64,000 nucleotides of DNA from an uncultured bacterium (lineage in GTDB: Bacteria > JAGOEH01), in assembly GCA_964632485.1 (NCBI GenBank), contig CAZWDO010000007.1, positions 1 through 64,000 on the forward strand. Reading direction: 5' to 3'. This document shows positions 9,501-20,232 of the stretch, in pieces. Position 1 is the stretch's first letter. Each line of letters opens with the position of its first letter. The position numbers and the translations under genes were made by a program. Under the pieces are notes generated by a model, which had not been told where the DNA came from, made no database searches, and was given only the letters and a program-made list of their open reading frames with translations.

Positions 9501-12500
9501 TCAAGCGGGAGTAATTCCCCCGCCAATCAGCGGCGGCAACCGACACTACTTTGATTACGCCCGATTCCCAAAGTTCGCCATGGATAACCCGCAGCATATA
9601 ACCCTGCGCAGTTCGCTGGTATTCCAATGAATGGCGAATGCCATCCACCCATACCTGAGTCATCGCCGTATCAATACCGCTGAGGGAATCTTCAACTCTT
9701 AGAACCACCTGACCATTTAACGGCGCATTAATCTGGTTCGCTTCAGGCCAAAGAGGAGTAATGACAGGACCCACGGTATCAGAAGATTCACCCTGCAGCT
9801 CCACTCTCAATGACCGAATGGTATCCGCCGGGCCCAGATTTAAAGGCGTTGCATGCTTGTAAGGAAGATATCCCTCTTTTTCAACGGTCAGGGAATAGCT
9901 ACCTGAAGCCAGACGAGTAAACCGGAATATGCCCAGCGTATCGCTTATTGCCTGTATCAAGAGAGTATCACGGGAAAGTAGCGCCCGGCAGTTAACTAAA
10001 AACTCACCACTAATATCATCAACCGCTTGGCCCATCACCACGCTCCGATTATACAGATGAGGTTTGGGCAGGGGGAAAATTACAATCGAATCGGCGATCT
10101 GATTTTTAGTGACTGAAATGGGAATGGCCGTCCGGATATCGGATACACTATCATACCAGGTCTCAAAATAATTTTCGGACCCGCTGGCAGCTACCCGGTA
10201 TGTTCCGGCAGGCAAATTTAAACGAAAATTCCCACTATTGTCTGTCCGCGCTTCAAACCGGTCACTCTGCGCATTGATCGCGGTAACCGTTGTTGTAAGG
10301 GGATATGACGCCCATGAGTAGGGAAACCGATAAACCACGCGGCCGCGGATCTCTCCGGTTTGTTCAAGCGCGGATGACAAACGCTGCCAGCGGGTAAAAT
10401 CAAAATAGAAATCGGGGCGGGGTCCCGCAACGATCAACGAGTCTATCACCTGATCATTATCTCTATCCAATTTACTCAGATAATCGGACCCTTCGAAATT
10501 TTGATTATTATTGCTGTCGATAATTGCCTTGAAATAGTAAGCCCCGGGCGAGACGATCTCCAGCGAATAACGGTTATCGTCAGCAGCTTTGGAAAACTGT
10601 TTAAAAGGCGATAACAGACTGGAATCCAGACTACACCCCACCCAGGCCGGGGGTGAAAAGCTCCAGGGAGATTGGATCATCCCCCGGAGTGTGAATAACG
10701 GAAGACGCATTTCAATGTCGATCTGGGTCAGACTCTCGTCGCGTCGAATGATAGTCAACGTATCGCGCGCGCCATCCCGATTGGCATCATAATAAAATCC
10801 AGGCTCGATTGAGTCCGGAAAATGATTACCGGTGGTATCAAGGTAAGCAAAAACGATGTATTGCCCCGGATTCAAACCTTCAAACCGAAATGAGTAGTCA
10901 CTGCCAGTAAGTTGTTGTTTGAAAAAATCGATAAAATTATACAAAACGACATAAACCGGCCAGGAAGTCGTCCGGTTCAGACGAACGGTTCCCTGCGCGG
11001 AAGCGCCCCCAACGGTGGTTGAATCCACCTTTAAGCGAATATTGATCCCACGCAGGGTGTCTCCGGCGGATACCATCAGTTCCCGACATTGTTCCTGGTT
11101 GGACAACTCATAAAAACAGTTTTCAACTCGTAGCGAATCAGTGTCCGGATCATTCCCGGAATACAAACCGGCAAAGACCTGATACCCCCCCGGCCGGAGT
11201 GAATCCATGCGATAACTGCCATCGTGGTTGGAAACGGGGACCCAACGGTTGCGGGTTGAATCAGTTGTATGCTCCGCCATTACAGCCAGAAACCCGTCCT
11301 GGCCGGTAAGATTTTGTACGACGCCTTCGATACAGCCATAGGGAGTGGCAGCCGGCGGCACAATTCCATGATAAATATTGATATTAGTAACCGTCTGTCC
11401 ATCGGCCAGATGGATAATCACGCAGTTAGTGTCACTGTAATCGCGTTGATAGCAGAATTCCGGTTCATTCTCATCGATCTCTTTATCGGCGTCCAGATCG
11501 GACCAACTGAAAACTTCATAGTTGCCGGCAGGCAGGCTGTCCAGCAGATAAAAACCGGCAGAACCGGGACGGGCTCCTTTCAAAAGGCCTTCCCACCCGG
11601 GACACTCCAGGCATTCGGCTGCAACATAGAGAGGAAATTGGGCGGTGGAATCCCAGAAAACGCGCCCGCGAATGCTGGAAGTCCCTACAGGTTTTAAATA
11701 ATGTTGAAATTTAAAACTAATATCAGCATGATTCGGCTCCGCTTCACTGATGGAAACCTCACTGCACTGATTATTCGCAGAATCCTGCATATAACACGCC
11801 AGAAATTCGCTGGTATCATGAATCTGGTTATTGTTTTCATCAATAAAAGCATCCACAATATAGATACCCGTCAACAAACTGTCAAATTGATAATAATGAT
11901 TCGCATCGAGATTTCTGCTCTGTTGCGAAGGACCCCAAAGCCGGACAATAATAGGGCCGTTGCGATCGGTTTCGTTGCGAACATAGCCACTGATGGAGCC
12001 AATCGGTTCGCCCGGAGGCGCAAACTCCTTAAATTCCAGATTGATGGCTGTAACATGCTGATTCTCGGCCAGGGGGATCACTGTGCACCCGGTATCCTCC
12101 ACATTTTGCTGATAACACACATACCAGTCATTGGGTCCGGCGTTATGGTTGCGGTCGCGATCGAGTACTGCCTCAACGATAAACGCGTCATAGGTCAAAC
12201 TGTCCAGGCGATAAGCGCCACCCGTTTCGGGCAGCTCGATCTGAGCGCCTAAAAAATTATCGGATGTTCGCACTACCCGAACCAGAATCGGCGCACTTTC
12301 CTGAGCGCTGTTGGTAACTGTACCGCTGATCGACGCATTTCCCTTTTGCGCGGGAGCGGATTGGACCAGAGTGATCGCCACCCCCGGAATAGTGCTGTTT
12401 TCGGCGCTGAGCGTCATTTGTCTGTGTGATGAATCCCCAGGAATATAGCTATTTGCCGTATCCACCGTCAGCGCGCGCGCCAGCAGAGTTCCCAACATCC

Positions 12501-12609
12501 CGCTCTGGTTATCAATCACGCCCGGGACGCTTTCTGCCCGGGATGTCAGATTAAACACGACTACCATACCCATCCAAAGCCAAAATAAATAAAAAATAAA
12601 AGGTCTCAT
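6502..12609 (-). pseudogene. ~2000-aa secreted multidomain surface protein (Ig-like repeats, FN3-like repeats, T9SS-type CTD) interrupted by one in-frame TAA at 7219-7221
   Basis: ORFs 7219..12675 and 6502..7161 are in the same frame and read ...SDIDLI*NHRRLIPSLPANHTYKLTIMAQDVWGN... through an FN3-like repeat. Likely start ATG 12609 after AAGGAG. C-terminal NYPNPFNPRT...SGIYFCRL...KMLLLK. The stop could be an assembly error. Confidence 0.8.
10400..12342 (-). repeat. six ~110-aa Ig-like protein repeats with Dx[DN]x[DN]-type loops; the first four carry a C-x9-C pair
   Basis: Each unit starts S-I-S/R-G-x-V-like and has a G-x-Y-x-V/F strand followed by an Asp/Asn-rich loop. Cys pairs: CYQQNVEDTGC, CYMQDSANNQC, CYQRDYSDTNC, CFYELSNQEQC. 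Boundaries are approximate. Confidence 0.7.
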
Positions 12610-12695
12610 ACATATCTCCTTGCTAAAAAAGGCCAGTCTATATAACCAATTTAACACAAATGAGCGAAAAATCAAGGAAAAACATCCGATTTTAT

Positions 12696-14051
12696 TTAAA
12701 AAACCAATGTGAAGATTGTCTCAATACCCGGTTTGGAATGGACGATGATCGCGCCGTTATGCGCGCGCATCACCTGTTTGGACCAGGACAACCCGATACC
12801 GGAACCTTCGGATTTTGTCGTATAAAAGGGAATAAAAATTTTTTCCATATTTTCCGGCGGAATTCCCACTCCATTATCAGTGACACGAATCCAGGCATGA
12901 CCTTGATAATCGCTACCTGCTGATAATTCAATCCGCCCGTTCTCCATGTTATCCAATGATTGGATGGAATTAATCATCAAGTTCAGTAAAACCTGCTCAA
13001 TCAGCGATGGATCAACGTTAAATTTTATATGAGGAGGATGAACATGATGCAGAACCTCAATGGTGTTTTTCTCACCCAGATATACCTTTACCAGACGGAA
13101 TATCCGATTAAAAATTTCCGTCACAGATATAAGTTGAAATTCAGGATTCACTGTTTTTACAATGCTTCGATAAGCCTGCACGAAACTCAACAGGCCTTCG
13201 CTTCGTTTTTGAATGCTGGCAATCCCTTCGACGATATCCTCGATCGTCTCCTGGTTCTGAGCGGATGTGGAAAATAAACCGGGTTTTTGAATCAGATGAG
13301 CGATCGTCGAAGACAAGGAATGAATGGGAGTAATTGAATTCATCAGCTCATGAGTCTGGGTCCTCATTAATTTTTGCCAGGATTCAGTTTCCTTTTCATC
13401 CAATTCAAAATGAATATTCTGAATTGAAAGGAGCAGATACTCCTGATAAGCCATTCTGAAAAGCGTTACGTTCAACAGGAGTTGGTAAAACGTATTTTCA
13501 TGGCAAAACGAGATGATTTTCTTTTCGTTATGCCGCATCTCGTTTAACGTTTGGAACATGGGTTCAGGCAACCGGGAAATTGTCGTGATTTGCGAACACC
13601 CCAGCAAACGTTTGATATAATGATTCATCAGGATAATCTCTCCGCTATCTTTTTTAAATACAATAATACCTGCCCGGACGGACTGGATAATCGTATGGAA
13701 TAATTTATTCATTTCCTCATTTTCAAAGCGAATCTTCTGAAATTTTTTGATAATCCGGTTAAAGGCGGAATGAAGATTTTGAAACGAATCGTTATCCTGA
13801 GTAGATGGAAATTGAATGGAAAAATCAGCATACTCCATTGAAAATAAAAACCGGGCCAGTCTATTATTGGTTTGATCAATATATTCAAATAATTTCAGCA
13901 TTTGGAAAATAAGTATCGGCAATAAAACGACCGCTATCAACGGATAAAAATCCATTACCACTACAAGCGCAATTATAAAGATATTGGTGATAATCAGGAT
14001 GAATTGGAAAAGAGTGATAAGTCTGAACCGATTAAATACCATATTTTTCAA
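12696..14051 (-). CDS. membrane sensor histidine kinase (NtrY-like)
   Basis: Two N-terminal TM helices, H-box THELMNSITPI, N-box QVLLNLMINS, G1 DNGVGI, F PFYTTK, G2 GSGIGLS. Confidence 0.93.
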   Translation of the reverse strand: MKNMVFNRFRLITLFQFILIITNIFIIALVVVMDFYPLIAVVLLPILIFQMLKLFEYIDQTNNRLARFLFSMEYADFSIQFPSTQDNDSFQNLHSAFNRIIKKFQKIRFENEEMNKLFHTIIQSVRAGIIVFKKDSGEIILMNHYIKRLLGCSQITTISRLPEPMFQTLNEMRHNEKKIISFCHENTFYQLLLNVTLFRMAYQEYLLLSIQNIHFELDEKETESWQKLMRTQTHELMNSITPIHSLSSTIAHLIQKPGLFSTSAQNQETIEDIVEGIASIQKRSEGLLSFVQAYRSIVKTVNPEFQLISVTEIFNRIFRLVKVYLGEKNTIEVLHHVHPPHIKFNVDPSLIEQVLLNLMINSIQSLDNMENGRIELSAGSDYQGHAWIRVTDNGVGIPPENMEKIFIPFYTTKSEGSGIGLSWSKQVMRAHNGAIIVHSKPGIETIFTLVF

Positions 14052-15444
14052 GTCTTCGATATAAAGAGGCGCGGGTTATGCCTAATTCTTTGGATGTTTG
14101 GGATATATTGCCTCCGTTTTTTTTCAACACTTGAAGAATCGTGTTTTTTTCTAATTGACGTAGATTCAATGCGCTTTGTTTTTCTTCTGAACATGATGAG
14201 TGGGATGACTGAATTAAAAAATCAGCGGACAGTAATTCATCGGATTCAGCCATAATTACCGCTCGTTCAACAGCGTGTTGGAGTTCCCTGACATTTCCGG
14301 GCCATGAGTATTCTTTAAGAAGCAGCTTGATATCCGGATTAATCCCCAGCAGCGGCTTATGATATTTTCTTTTATACAATTCCAGATAATGGCGTAGAAG
14401 AATCGGGATATCATCAGCGCGCTCGCGCAAAGGCGGGATATTAATTTCCACCGTATTGATGCGGTATAGCAAGTCCTGGCGGAACCGTTGATCATAGATC
14501 ATTTGATGGATCGGCATATTCGTCGCGCAAATAAGCCGAACATCAATCTTTTTATGTTTAGTAGAACCGACACGAATTATTTCACGGTTTTGCAGCGCGC
14601 TCAGAAGTTTCGCCTGTAAAGACAAAGACAGATTGCCGATTTCATCTAAGAAAAGGGTCCCGCCATCCGCCAATTCAAATCGACCGGGTTTATCTGATTT
14701 TGCATCGGTAAACGCCCCCCTGGCATATCCAAAAAGCTCACTTTCAAAAAGCGTTTCCGGAATGGCGCCCATATCGACCGCGATAAATGGCTGATGACTC
14801 CGCAGCGAATGCAAATGGATAGCGCGAGCCGCCAGTTCTTTACCTGTTCCGTTCTCTCCAAGTATCAATACGTTCACATCTGTTTTGGCGACTTTACGCG
14901 CCATTGAAAAAACCTGTTGGATGGATCGGCTTTCACCAATCATCTCCATCGAGTGGAAAGATGACTGCTTTACCATTTCAGAATTGGCCTGCTGCAATGT
15001 CTGAATCTCCCGTTTCGATTGACTGAGCTTTGCGGCTGTTTGAATAGTAGCGACTAACTTTTCATTTTCCCACGGTTTAATGATAAAATCGACCGCGCCC
15101 TGTTTTATGGATTGAACCGCCAGATCAATTTCTCCATAAGCTGTTATTAAAACAACACTGGTAGCAGGATATCGACTCAAAGTTTTTTTCAGCCATAACA
15201 TTCCTTCCGCGCCATTTCTTTCACTCCCGGAAAAATTCATGTCCAGAATCAACACATCAAACTCCATCTCCTTAAAATGCTCATCGATTCGCTCAGGCTC
15301 TTTCTCTGTTTTTACTATTTCAAAATATTGCTTTAATAATATGCGTAACGCTTTCAGGATATCTTCATTATCATCAACAACCAGAATCGACGCATTTGAT
15401 TTTTTTTCGTTAAAAAATTCCATATTCCATTTCCTCATATTCAC
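14032..15444 (-). CDS. sigma54-dependent response regulator (NtrC family)
   Basis: REC domain (VVDD, LDMN, KPW), AAA+ GENGTGKE, GAFTDA, LDEIG, WPGNVREL and a Fis-type HTH. Confidence 0.96.
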   Translation of the reverse strand: MNMRKWNMEFFNEKKSNASILVVDDNEDILKALRILLKQYFEIVKTEKEPERIDEHFKEMEFDVLILDMNFSGSERNGAEGMLWLKKTLSRYPATSVVLITAYGEIDLAVQSIKQGAVDFIIKPWENEKLVATIQTAAKLSQSKREIQTLQQANSEMVKQSSFHSMEMIGESRSIQQVFSMARKVAKTDVNVLILGENGTGKELAARAIHLHSLRSHQPFIAVDMGAIPETLFESELFGYARGAFTDAKSDKPGRFELADGGTLFLDEIGNLSLSLQAKLLSALQNREIIRVGSTKHKKIDVRLICATNMPIHQMIYDQRFRQDLLYRINTVEINIPPLRERADDIPILLRHYLELYKRKYHKPLLGINPDIKLLLKEYSWPGNVRELQHAVERAVIMAESDELLSADFLIQSSHSSCSEEKQSALNLRQLEKNTILQVLKKNGGNISQTSKELGITRASLYRRLEKYGI

Positions 15445-15505
15445 TAAACAATGATTTATCTTAAATATAATTTAAAAAACCAACTTGTCAAGAATTTTAT
15501 AATAG

Positions 15506-15542
15506 TGTCCGATACCGGACAAATTATGTCCGAATTCGGACA
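15506..15542. promoter_or_regulatory. tandem palindromic enhancer (UAS) for the sigma54 activator
   Basis: TGTCCG-ATAC-CGGACA (15506-15521) and TGTCCG-AATT-CGGACA (15527-15542), 21 bp apart, ~70-100 bp upstream of a -24/-12 site. Confidence 0.8.
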
Positions 15543-15607
15543 GTTTTAAAATCAATATTCGCATTCAATTCCAGCTAACTTCTTGAATAAAAAAGGAATT
15601 GTAAGAT

Positions 15608-15623
15608 TGGAACAAAAAATGCA
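15608..15623 (+). promoter_or_regulatory. sigma54 (-24/-12) promoter of the exporter operon
   Basis: TGGAAC-AAAAA-ATGCA with exact GG-N10-GC spacing (GG 15609-15610, GC 15621-15622). Confidence 0.8.
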
Positions 15624-15659
15624 TCAGGAACAGTTCACTTATTTAAAAAAGGAAAAGCG

Positions 15660-16907
15660 ATGGATAAAGTGATACTTAAAAAAAAATGGACACCCAACCG
15701 ATTCTTGATTATTTCTTTGGCGCTCATACCCCTTTTAATGATTTTAATCTATTTTTTCAGGGATAAAAACCGAAAGATATGGGTTGACAAAGAAAAAATA
15801 CTGATATCAATGGTTGAAATGAAGGATTTCAGCGAGTATATTTCTGTTGTAGGGCAAATATATCCTTTAAAAACAATCTATATCGATGCGGTAGAAGGCG
15901 GCATCGTGGAAGAAAAATTTGTTGAGGAAGGTAAGGAGATAAAAAAGGGGGATAAAATTTTAAAACTTTCCAACACACAGCTTTTATTAGATATCATGTT
16001 CAGAGAATCGCAGTTATACGAGCAGATCAATAATCTGCGCAATACGCGCATTCAAATGGAACAGCATCGGATCATGTTACAAAACGAGTTGCTTGAAATT
16101 GAGTACCAACTGAAAGGAGAAACTAAGCAATTAGAAATAAACAGGCAACTGATAAAGAATGAATTGATTTCCCGGCAGGAGTTTCTGGATCAGGAGGACC
16201 GATATGCGCTGTTAAAAAAGCGTAATGAATTATATATGGAATCCTGGCGCCAGGATTCACTATTCAGAAAATTGCAGATTGACCAATTAGAGCGGTCCAT
16301 CAACTATATGGAAGGAAATTTGAATATTGCCCGGCAAAATTTAGATAATTTATTGATTAAAGCCCCAATGGATGGATTATTAAGTTCATTGAAGGCTGAA
16401 ATTGGCGAATCTAAAGCCGTTGGATACCGGATCGGACAGATTGACATTATTCATCAATTCAAGGTCAGAGCGGATATTGATGAGCATTATGTTTCAAGAG
16501 TTTTCCCCGATCAGATCGGCAAATGCAACATTGCTGACTCTTCATATCAATTAGTAGTAAAAACGATTTATCCTGAAATAAAAAATGGAAAATTCCAGGT
16601 CGATTTAAATTTCATTCACGGTTATCCCGCCCATATCAGAAGGGGGCAGACATTGCATATCGATCTGGAATTAAGCAGTCAGTATCGAGCCGTTGTGATT
16701 CCCAAAGGCGGATTCTATCAAAAAACCGGCGGAAACTGGATTTTTGTTTTGAATCGGGAGCAGACTCAATCCCGTAAAAAGTTTATTCGTATCGGCAAAC
16801 AAAATCCGCAGTACTTTGAAATATTGGAAGGATTAACGCCAGGTGAGTTTGTGATCACCTCGGATTATGAGCTATTCGGCGAATCGGAAATAATTGATTT
16901 CAACTAA
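15660..16907 (+). CDS. periplasmic adaptor (MacA/HlyD-like membrane fusion protein)
   Basis: N-terminal TM, lipoyl half-motifs (EGGIVEEKFVEEG; IKAPMDG), long coiled coil, C-terminal EILEGLTPGEFVITS. Confidence 0.9.
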   Translation: MDKVILKKKWTPNRFLIISLALIPLLMILIYFFRDKNRKIWVDKEKILISMVEMKDFSEYISVVGQIYPLKTIYIDAVEGGIVEEKFVEEGKEIKKGDKILKLSNTQLLLDIMFRESQLYEQINNLRNTRIQMEQHRIMLQNELLEIEYQLKGETKQLEINRQLIKNELISRQEFLDQEDRYALLKKRNELYMESWRQDSLFRKLQIDQLERSINYMEGNLNIARQNLDNLLIKAPMDGLLSSLKAEIGESKAVGYRIGQIDIIHQFKVRADIDEHYVSRVFPDQIGKCNIADSSYQLVVKTIYPEIKNGKFQVDLNFIHGYPAHIRRGQTLHIDLELSSQYRAVVIPKGGFYQKTGGNWIFVLNREQTQSRKKFIRIGKQNPQYFEILEGLTPGEFVITSDYELFGESEIIDFN

Positions 16908-16919
16908 AGGAGACATGAC

Positions 16920-17609
16920 ATGATTAAAGCTCAAAACCTGTCTAAAACCTATCTAACAGAAGAAATAGAAACAACGGCGGTCAATCGGATTAATCTTGAG
17001 ATCAAGCCCGGTGAATTTACGGCTATCATGGGGCCTTCGGGTTGTGGAAAATCCACATTGCTCAATATACTCGGATTATTGGATAACCCTTCCGACGGTC
17101 ATTATTTTTTTATGGATGAAAATGTTTTAAAATTAACTGAACGTCAAAAAACGAATCTGCGCAAAAGCAATATCGGGTTTATTTTTCAAAGTTTTAACCT
17201 GATTGAGGAATTGACAATTTTTGAAAATATTGAACTTCCTCTATTATATTTGGGAGTAAAATCAGACGTCCGCAATAAAAAAGTGGATGACACCCTGGAA
17301 CGGGTGGGGATTATTCACCGGCGCAATCATTTTCCCCAGCAATTGTCCGGGGGGCAACAGCAACGAGCGGCAGTCGCGCGGGCCATCATCGCAGAGCCAA
17401 AACTGATTCTGGCCGATGAACCCACCGGGAATCTGGACTCCAAAAACGGCGATGATGTGATGGATCTATTATCTCAGCTCAACGCCAATGGATCCACGAT
17501 TATCATGGTCACCCACTCGCCCACTTACGCAGAACGCTCGCACCGGGTTATTCACTTGTTCGACGGCCAGATTATTACTGAAAATGTAACCGGTGTTTTC
17601 CATCTATAG
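16920..17609 (+). CDS. ABC transporter ATP-binding protein (MacB/LolD family)
   Basis: [32 protein letters not shown]. Confidence 0.96.
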   Translation: MIKAQNLSKTYLTEEIETTAVNRINLEIKPGEFTAIMGPSGCGKSTLLNILGLLDNPSDGHYFFMDENVLKLTERQKTNLRKSNIGFIFQSFNLIEELTIFENIELPLLYLGVKSDVRNKKVDDTLERVGIIHRRNHFPQQLSGGQQQRAAVARAIIAEPKLILADEPTGNLDSKNGDDVMDLLSQLNANGSTIIMVTHSPTYAERSHRVIHLFDGQIITENVTGVFHL

Positions 17610-17628
17610 AGGATTGAAAGGATAAATC

Positions 17629-20037
17629 ATGCTTAAAAATTATTTAATAGTCACTTTCCGAAATCTGTTTAAAACAAAACTGTTCTCATTTATAAATATC
17701 ATAGGATTGACCATAGGAATATCGGCATGCCTGCTAATTATCTACTATGTGCAGTTTGAAAAAAGCTATGATAAATTTTATAACAATATGGACAGGGTTT
17801 ACCGGGTCCGATACGAGCGCACAGATGCGGAAGGTCAGACAGCCCGCTTCGCATCATGCTGCCCTCCCGGGGCGATTCGAATTCGCAGCATGCTTCCTGA
17901 AGCGGAAAAAACCGCCAGAATTTTCCGCTATCAGGCTTCGGTGTTGATTGACAACTCTGCTTTTTTCGAGGAGCGTATGTTTTTTGTCGAAAACGAATTT
18001 TTCGATATTTTTAGCTATTCATTCATATCGGGCGATCCCAGCGCGGGCATTAGCGAACCCAATACCGCCTTTATTTCGGAATCCACAGCAAAAAAATACT
18101 TTGGGAATCAAAATCCGATTGGAAAAACCATCCGGGTCGATAAAAAAATTGATTACCGCATTACGGGCGTCTTTATAGATTCTCCCAGAAATTCTCACCT
18201 AAAAATGGATGTTGCGCTATCATTTCCCAATCTTTATCAATTATATGGAAACGACATTGACGAATCATGGGGCGATACCGGTTTTTATACCTATATACTC
18301 TTGAAGAACCTGACCGACCCACAGTTGTTTGAGAAAAAATTGAACCAAATCGTAGAAGATGAAATCGGAGAAGCGTTTCGGGCATATAAATTAAAGGTCG
18401 AATTAATAATACAACCCCTGGCTGATATCCACTTGAAATCCCATGTCATGCAGGAATTCGAAGCGAACGGCGATGCCGATACCGTCGATTTTCTGTCGAT
18501 CATCGCGGGATTCATTTTAGTTGTAGCCTGCATCAATTACATCAATCTTTCAACATCCCGATCCCTCGCGCGGGCAAAAGAAACCGGGTTAAGAAAAGTG
18601 ATCGGCGCCTCCCGCTTACAGCTTATTACCCAGTTCTTTTTCGAAACTCTGATCATCAACATTATCTCAATTCTCTTAGCATTGGCGCTGATATTCTTCA
18701 TACTCCCCTATTTCAATAAATTCAATCATTTGCCGGATAATTACTCTATTTTCCAGCAGACCTGGTTTTGGCTGATTCTGACGGCTATTTTTTTTATTTG
18801 CGTAATTTTATCCGGAATTTATCCGGCGTTAGTTCTCTCATCCTTTAAGCCGGTTTCAGTATTAAAAGGAAAATTTGCAAATTCTGCCAAAGGAATTCGC
18901 CTCAGAAAGGGACTGGTCGTCGGCCAATTTATTATTGCCATTTCGCTGATCAGCTTGACGCTGACGGTATTCAACCAATTATCCTATATGAAAAACCAGG
19001 AACCGGGTTTTAGAAAAGAACAAGTACTGTGTGTGCGACTGCCGCGGGTAAGGACCGATGGCTTCGGTTCAAAAGCCGCTGTGTTTAAAGATAGGGCGAT
19101 CCGCGATCTGGGCGTCATTAACGCCTCCATTGTTACTGAAGCGCCGGGAAAACAGATATACTGGGATGCCGGCGATATCCATCGGGTCAACACAGATGAA
19201 GGTAAAAACTATTATATCGTTGGAATTGACTATGATTTTATTAATGTATTCGATACAAAAATAATCGCCGGCAGAAACTTTTCCAAAGAGTTTACGTCCG
19301 ATAGCGGCAGTTTGCTTTTAAATGAAACCGCCGTGAAATGGCTGGGATTTGAAAACGCGCAAAGCGCTATCGGCCAGCAGGTCAGTTATTGGGACCAAAT
19401 CTTCACGGTAGTCGGTGTTTTAAAAAATTACCATCAACAATCCTCAAAATTTGATTTTGAACCGCAAATCTATCGACTCATGCTGAACGGCCGCGGATTG
19501 CGGGGCTTTTTCGCTCTCTATATTCCGTCTCAGGATGTTCAAACAACTCTGAAGAAAATTCAGAACACTTATTTTGAATTATTTCCCGATAATCCCTTTG
19601 ATTTCTTCTTTCTGGATGATTATTATAATCGGCAATATGAAAGTGATGAAAAATTTGGAGCTGTTTTTGGTATTTTCTCTTTTCTGACCATATTCATTAC
19701 GTGTTTAGGCATTTTAGGTTTATCATATTTTATGACACTTCAGAGGACCAGGGAGATTGGTATCCGAAAAGTATTAGGCGCCAATGCCAACCAAATAATC
19801 AGACTATTGTTAAAAGAATATTTGTATTTACTTTTCATCGCGTTTTCCATTACGCTGCCCATATCCTATTTTGGAATGAATTATTGGTTAAATTCATTCG
19901 CTTCAAGAATCGAGTTGACCATAGGATTATTTGTGGCGCCGTTAGCAATCAGCGCTGGTTTTATGGTCATAACCGTTATTGCTCAGGTGATTAAAGCCGC
20001 CTCTGTCAATCCGATCCAAACCATCCGTTACGAATAG
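17629..20037 (+). CDS. ABC transporter permease, duplicated MacB/FtsX type
   Basis: MLKNYL...INIIGLTIG start, ACINYINLSTSRSLARAKETGLRKVIGA, QRTREIGIRKVLGA, and terminal NPIQTIRYE. Confidence 0.93.
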   Translation: MLKNYLIVTFRNLFKTKLFSFINIIGLTIGISACLLIIYYVQFEKSYDKFYNNMDRVYRVRYERTDAEGQTARFASCCPPGAIRIRSMLPEAEKTARIFRYQASVLIDNSAFFEERMFFVENEFFDIFSYSFISGDPSAGISEPNTAFISESTAKKYFGNQNPIGKTIRVDKKIDYRITGVFIDSPRNSHLKMDVALSFPNLYQLYGNDIDESWGDTGFYTYILLKNLTDPQLFEKKLNQIVEDEIGEAFRAYKLKVELIIQPLADIHLKSHVMQEFEANGDADTVDFLSIIAGFILVVACINYINLSTSRSLARAKETGLRKVIGASRLQLITQFFFETLIINIISILLALALIFFILPYFNKFNHLPDNYSIFQQTWFWLILTAIFFICVILSGIYPALVLSSFKPVSVLKGKFANSAKGIRLRKGLVVGQFIIAISLISLTLTVFNQLSYMKNQEPGFRKEQVLCVRLPRVRTDGFGSKAAVFKDRAIRDLGVINASIVTEAPGKQIYWDAGDIHRVNTDEGKNYYIVGIDYDFINVFDTKIIAGRNFSKEFTSDSGSLLLNETAVKWLGFENAQSAIGQQVSYWDQIFTVVGVLKNYHQQSSKFDFEPQIYRLMLNGRGLRGFFALYIPSQDVQTTLKKIQNTYFELFPDNPFDFFFLDDYYNRQYESDEKFGAVFGIFSFLTIFITCLGILGLSYFMTLQRTREIGIRKVLGANANQIIRLLLKEYLYLLFIAFSITLPISYFGMNYWLNSFASRIELTIGLFVAPLAISAGFMVITVIAQVIKAASVNPIQTIRYE

Positions 20038-20113
20038 GCCATCCAATGTCGTAATCAAATGCAAATAGTGTGTCAGTGTCGGGCGATCCCACCCAATAAA
20101 CCAGTCCATATAC

Positions 20114-20203
20114 TCACACTACCAGGCCGCCGTTTTCTTTTTTGAAAGTAGAAAGGCGTTTGTCGTGGAAACAGTTTTCAAATTCGACCTTTAACTTATT
20201 CAT
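20114..20203 (-). pseudogene. possible truncated N-terminal stub of an ATPase-like gene downstream of mod
   Basis: 29-aa ORF MNKLKVEFENC-FHDKRLSTFKKENGGLVV. The first 11 aa resemble, from memory, the N-terminus (M-x-K-L-x-[IV]-x-[LF]-E-N-C-Y-G-I) of AAA/ABC ATPases found in RM loci. Confidence 0.35.
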
Positions 20204-20232
20204 ATAGAACTCTATTCAATAAAATCACGATA

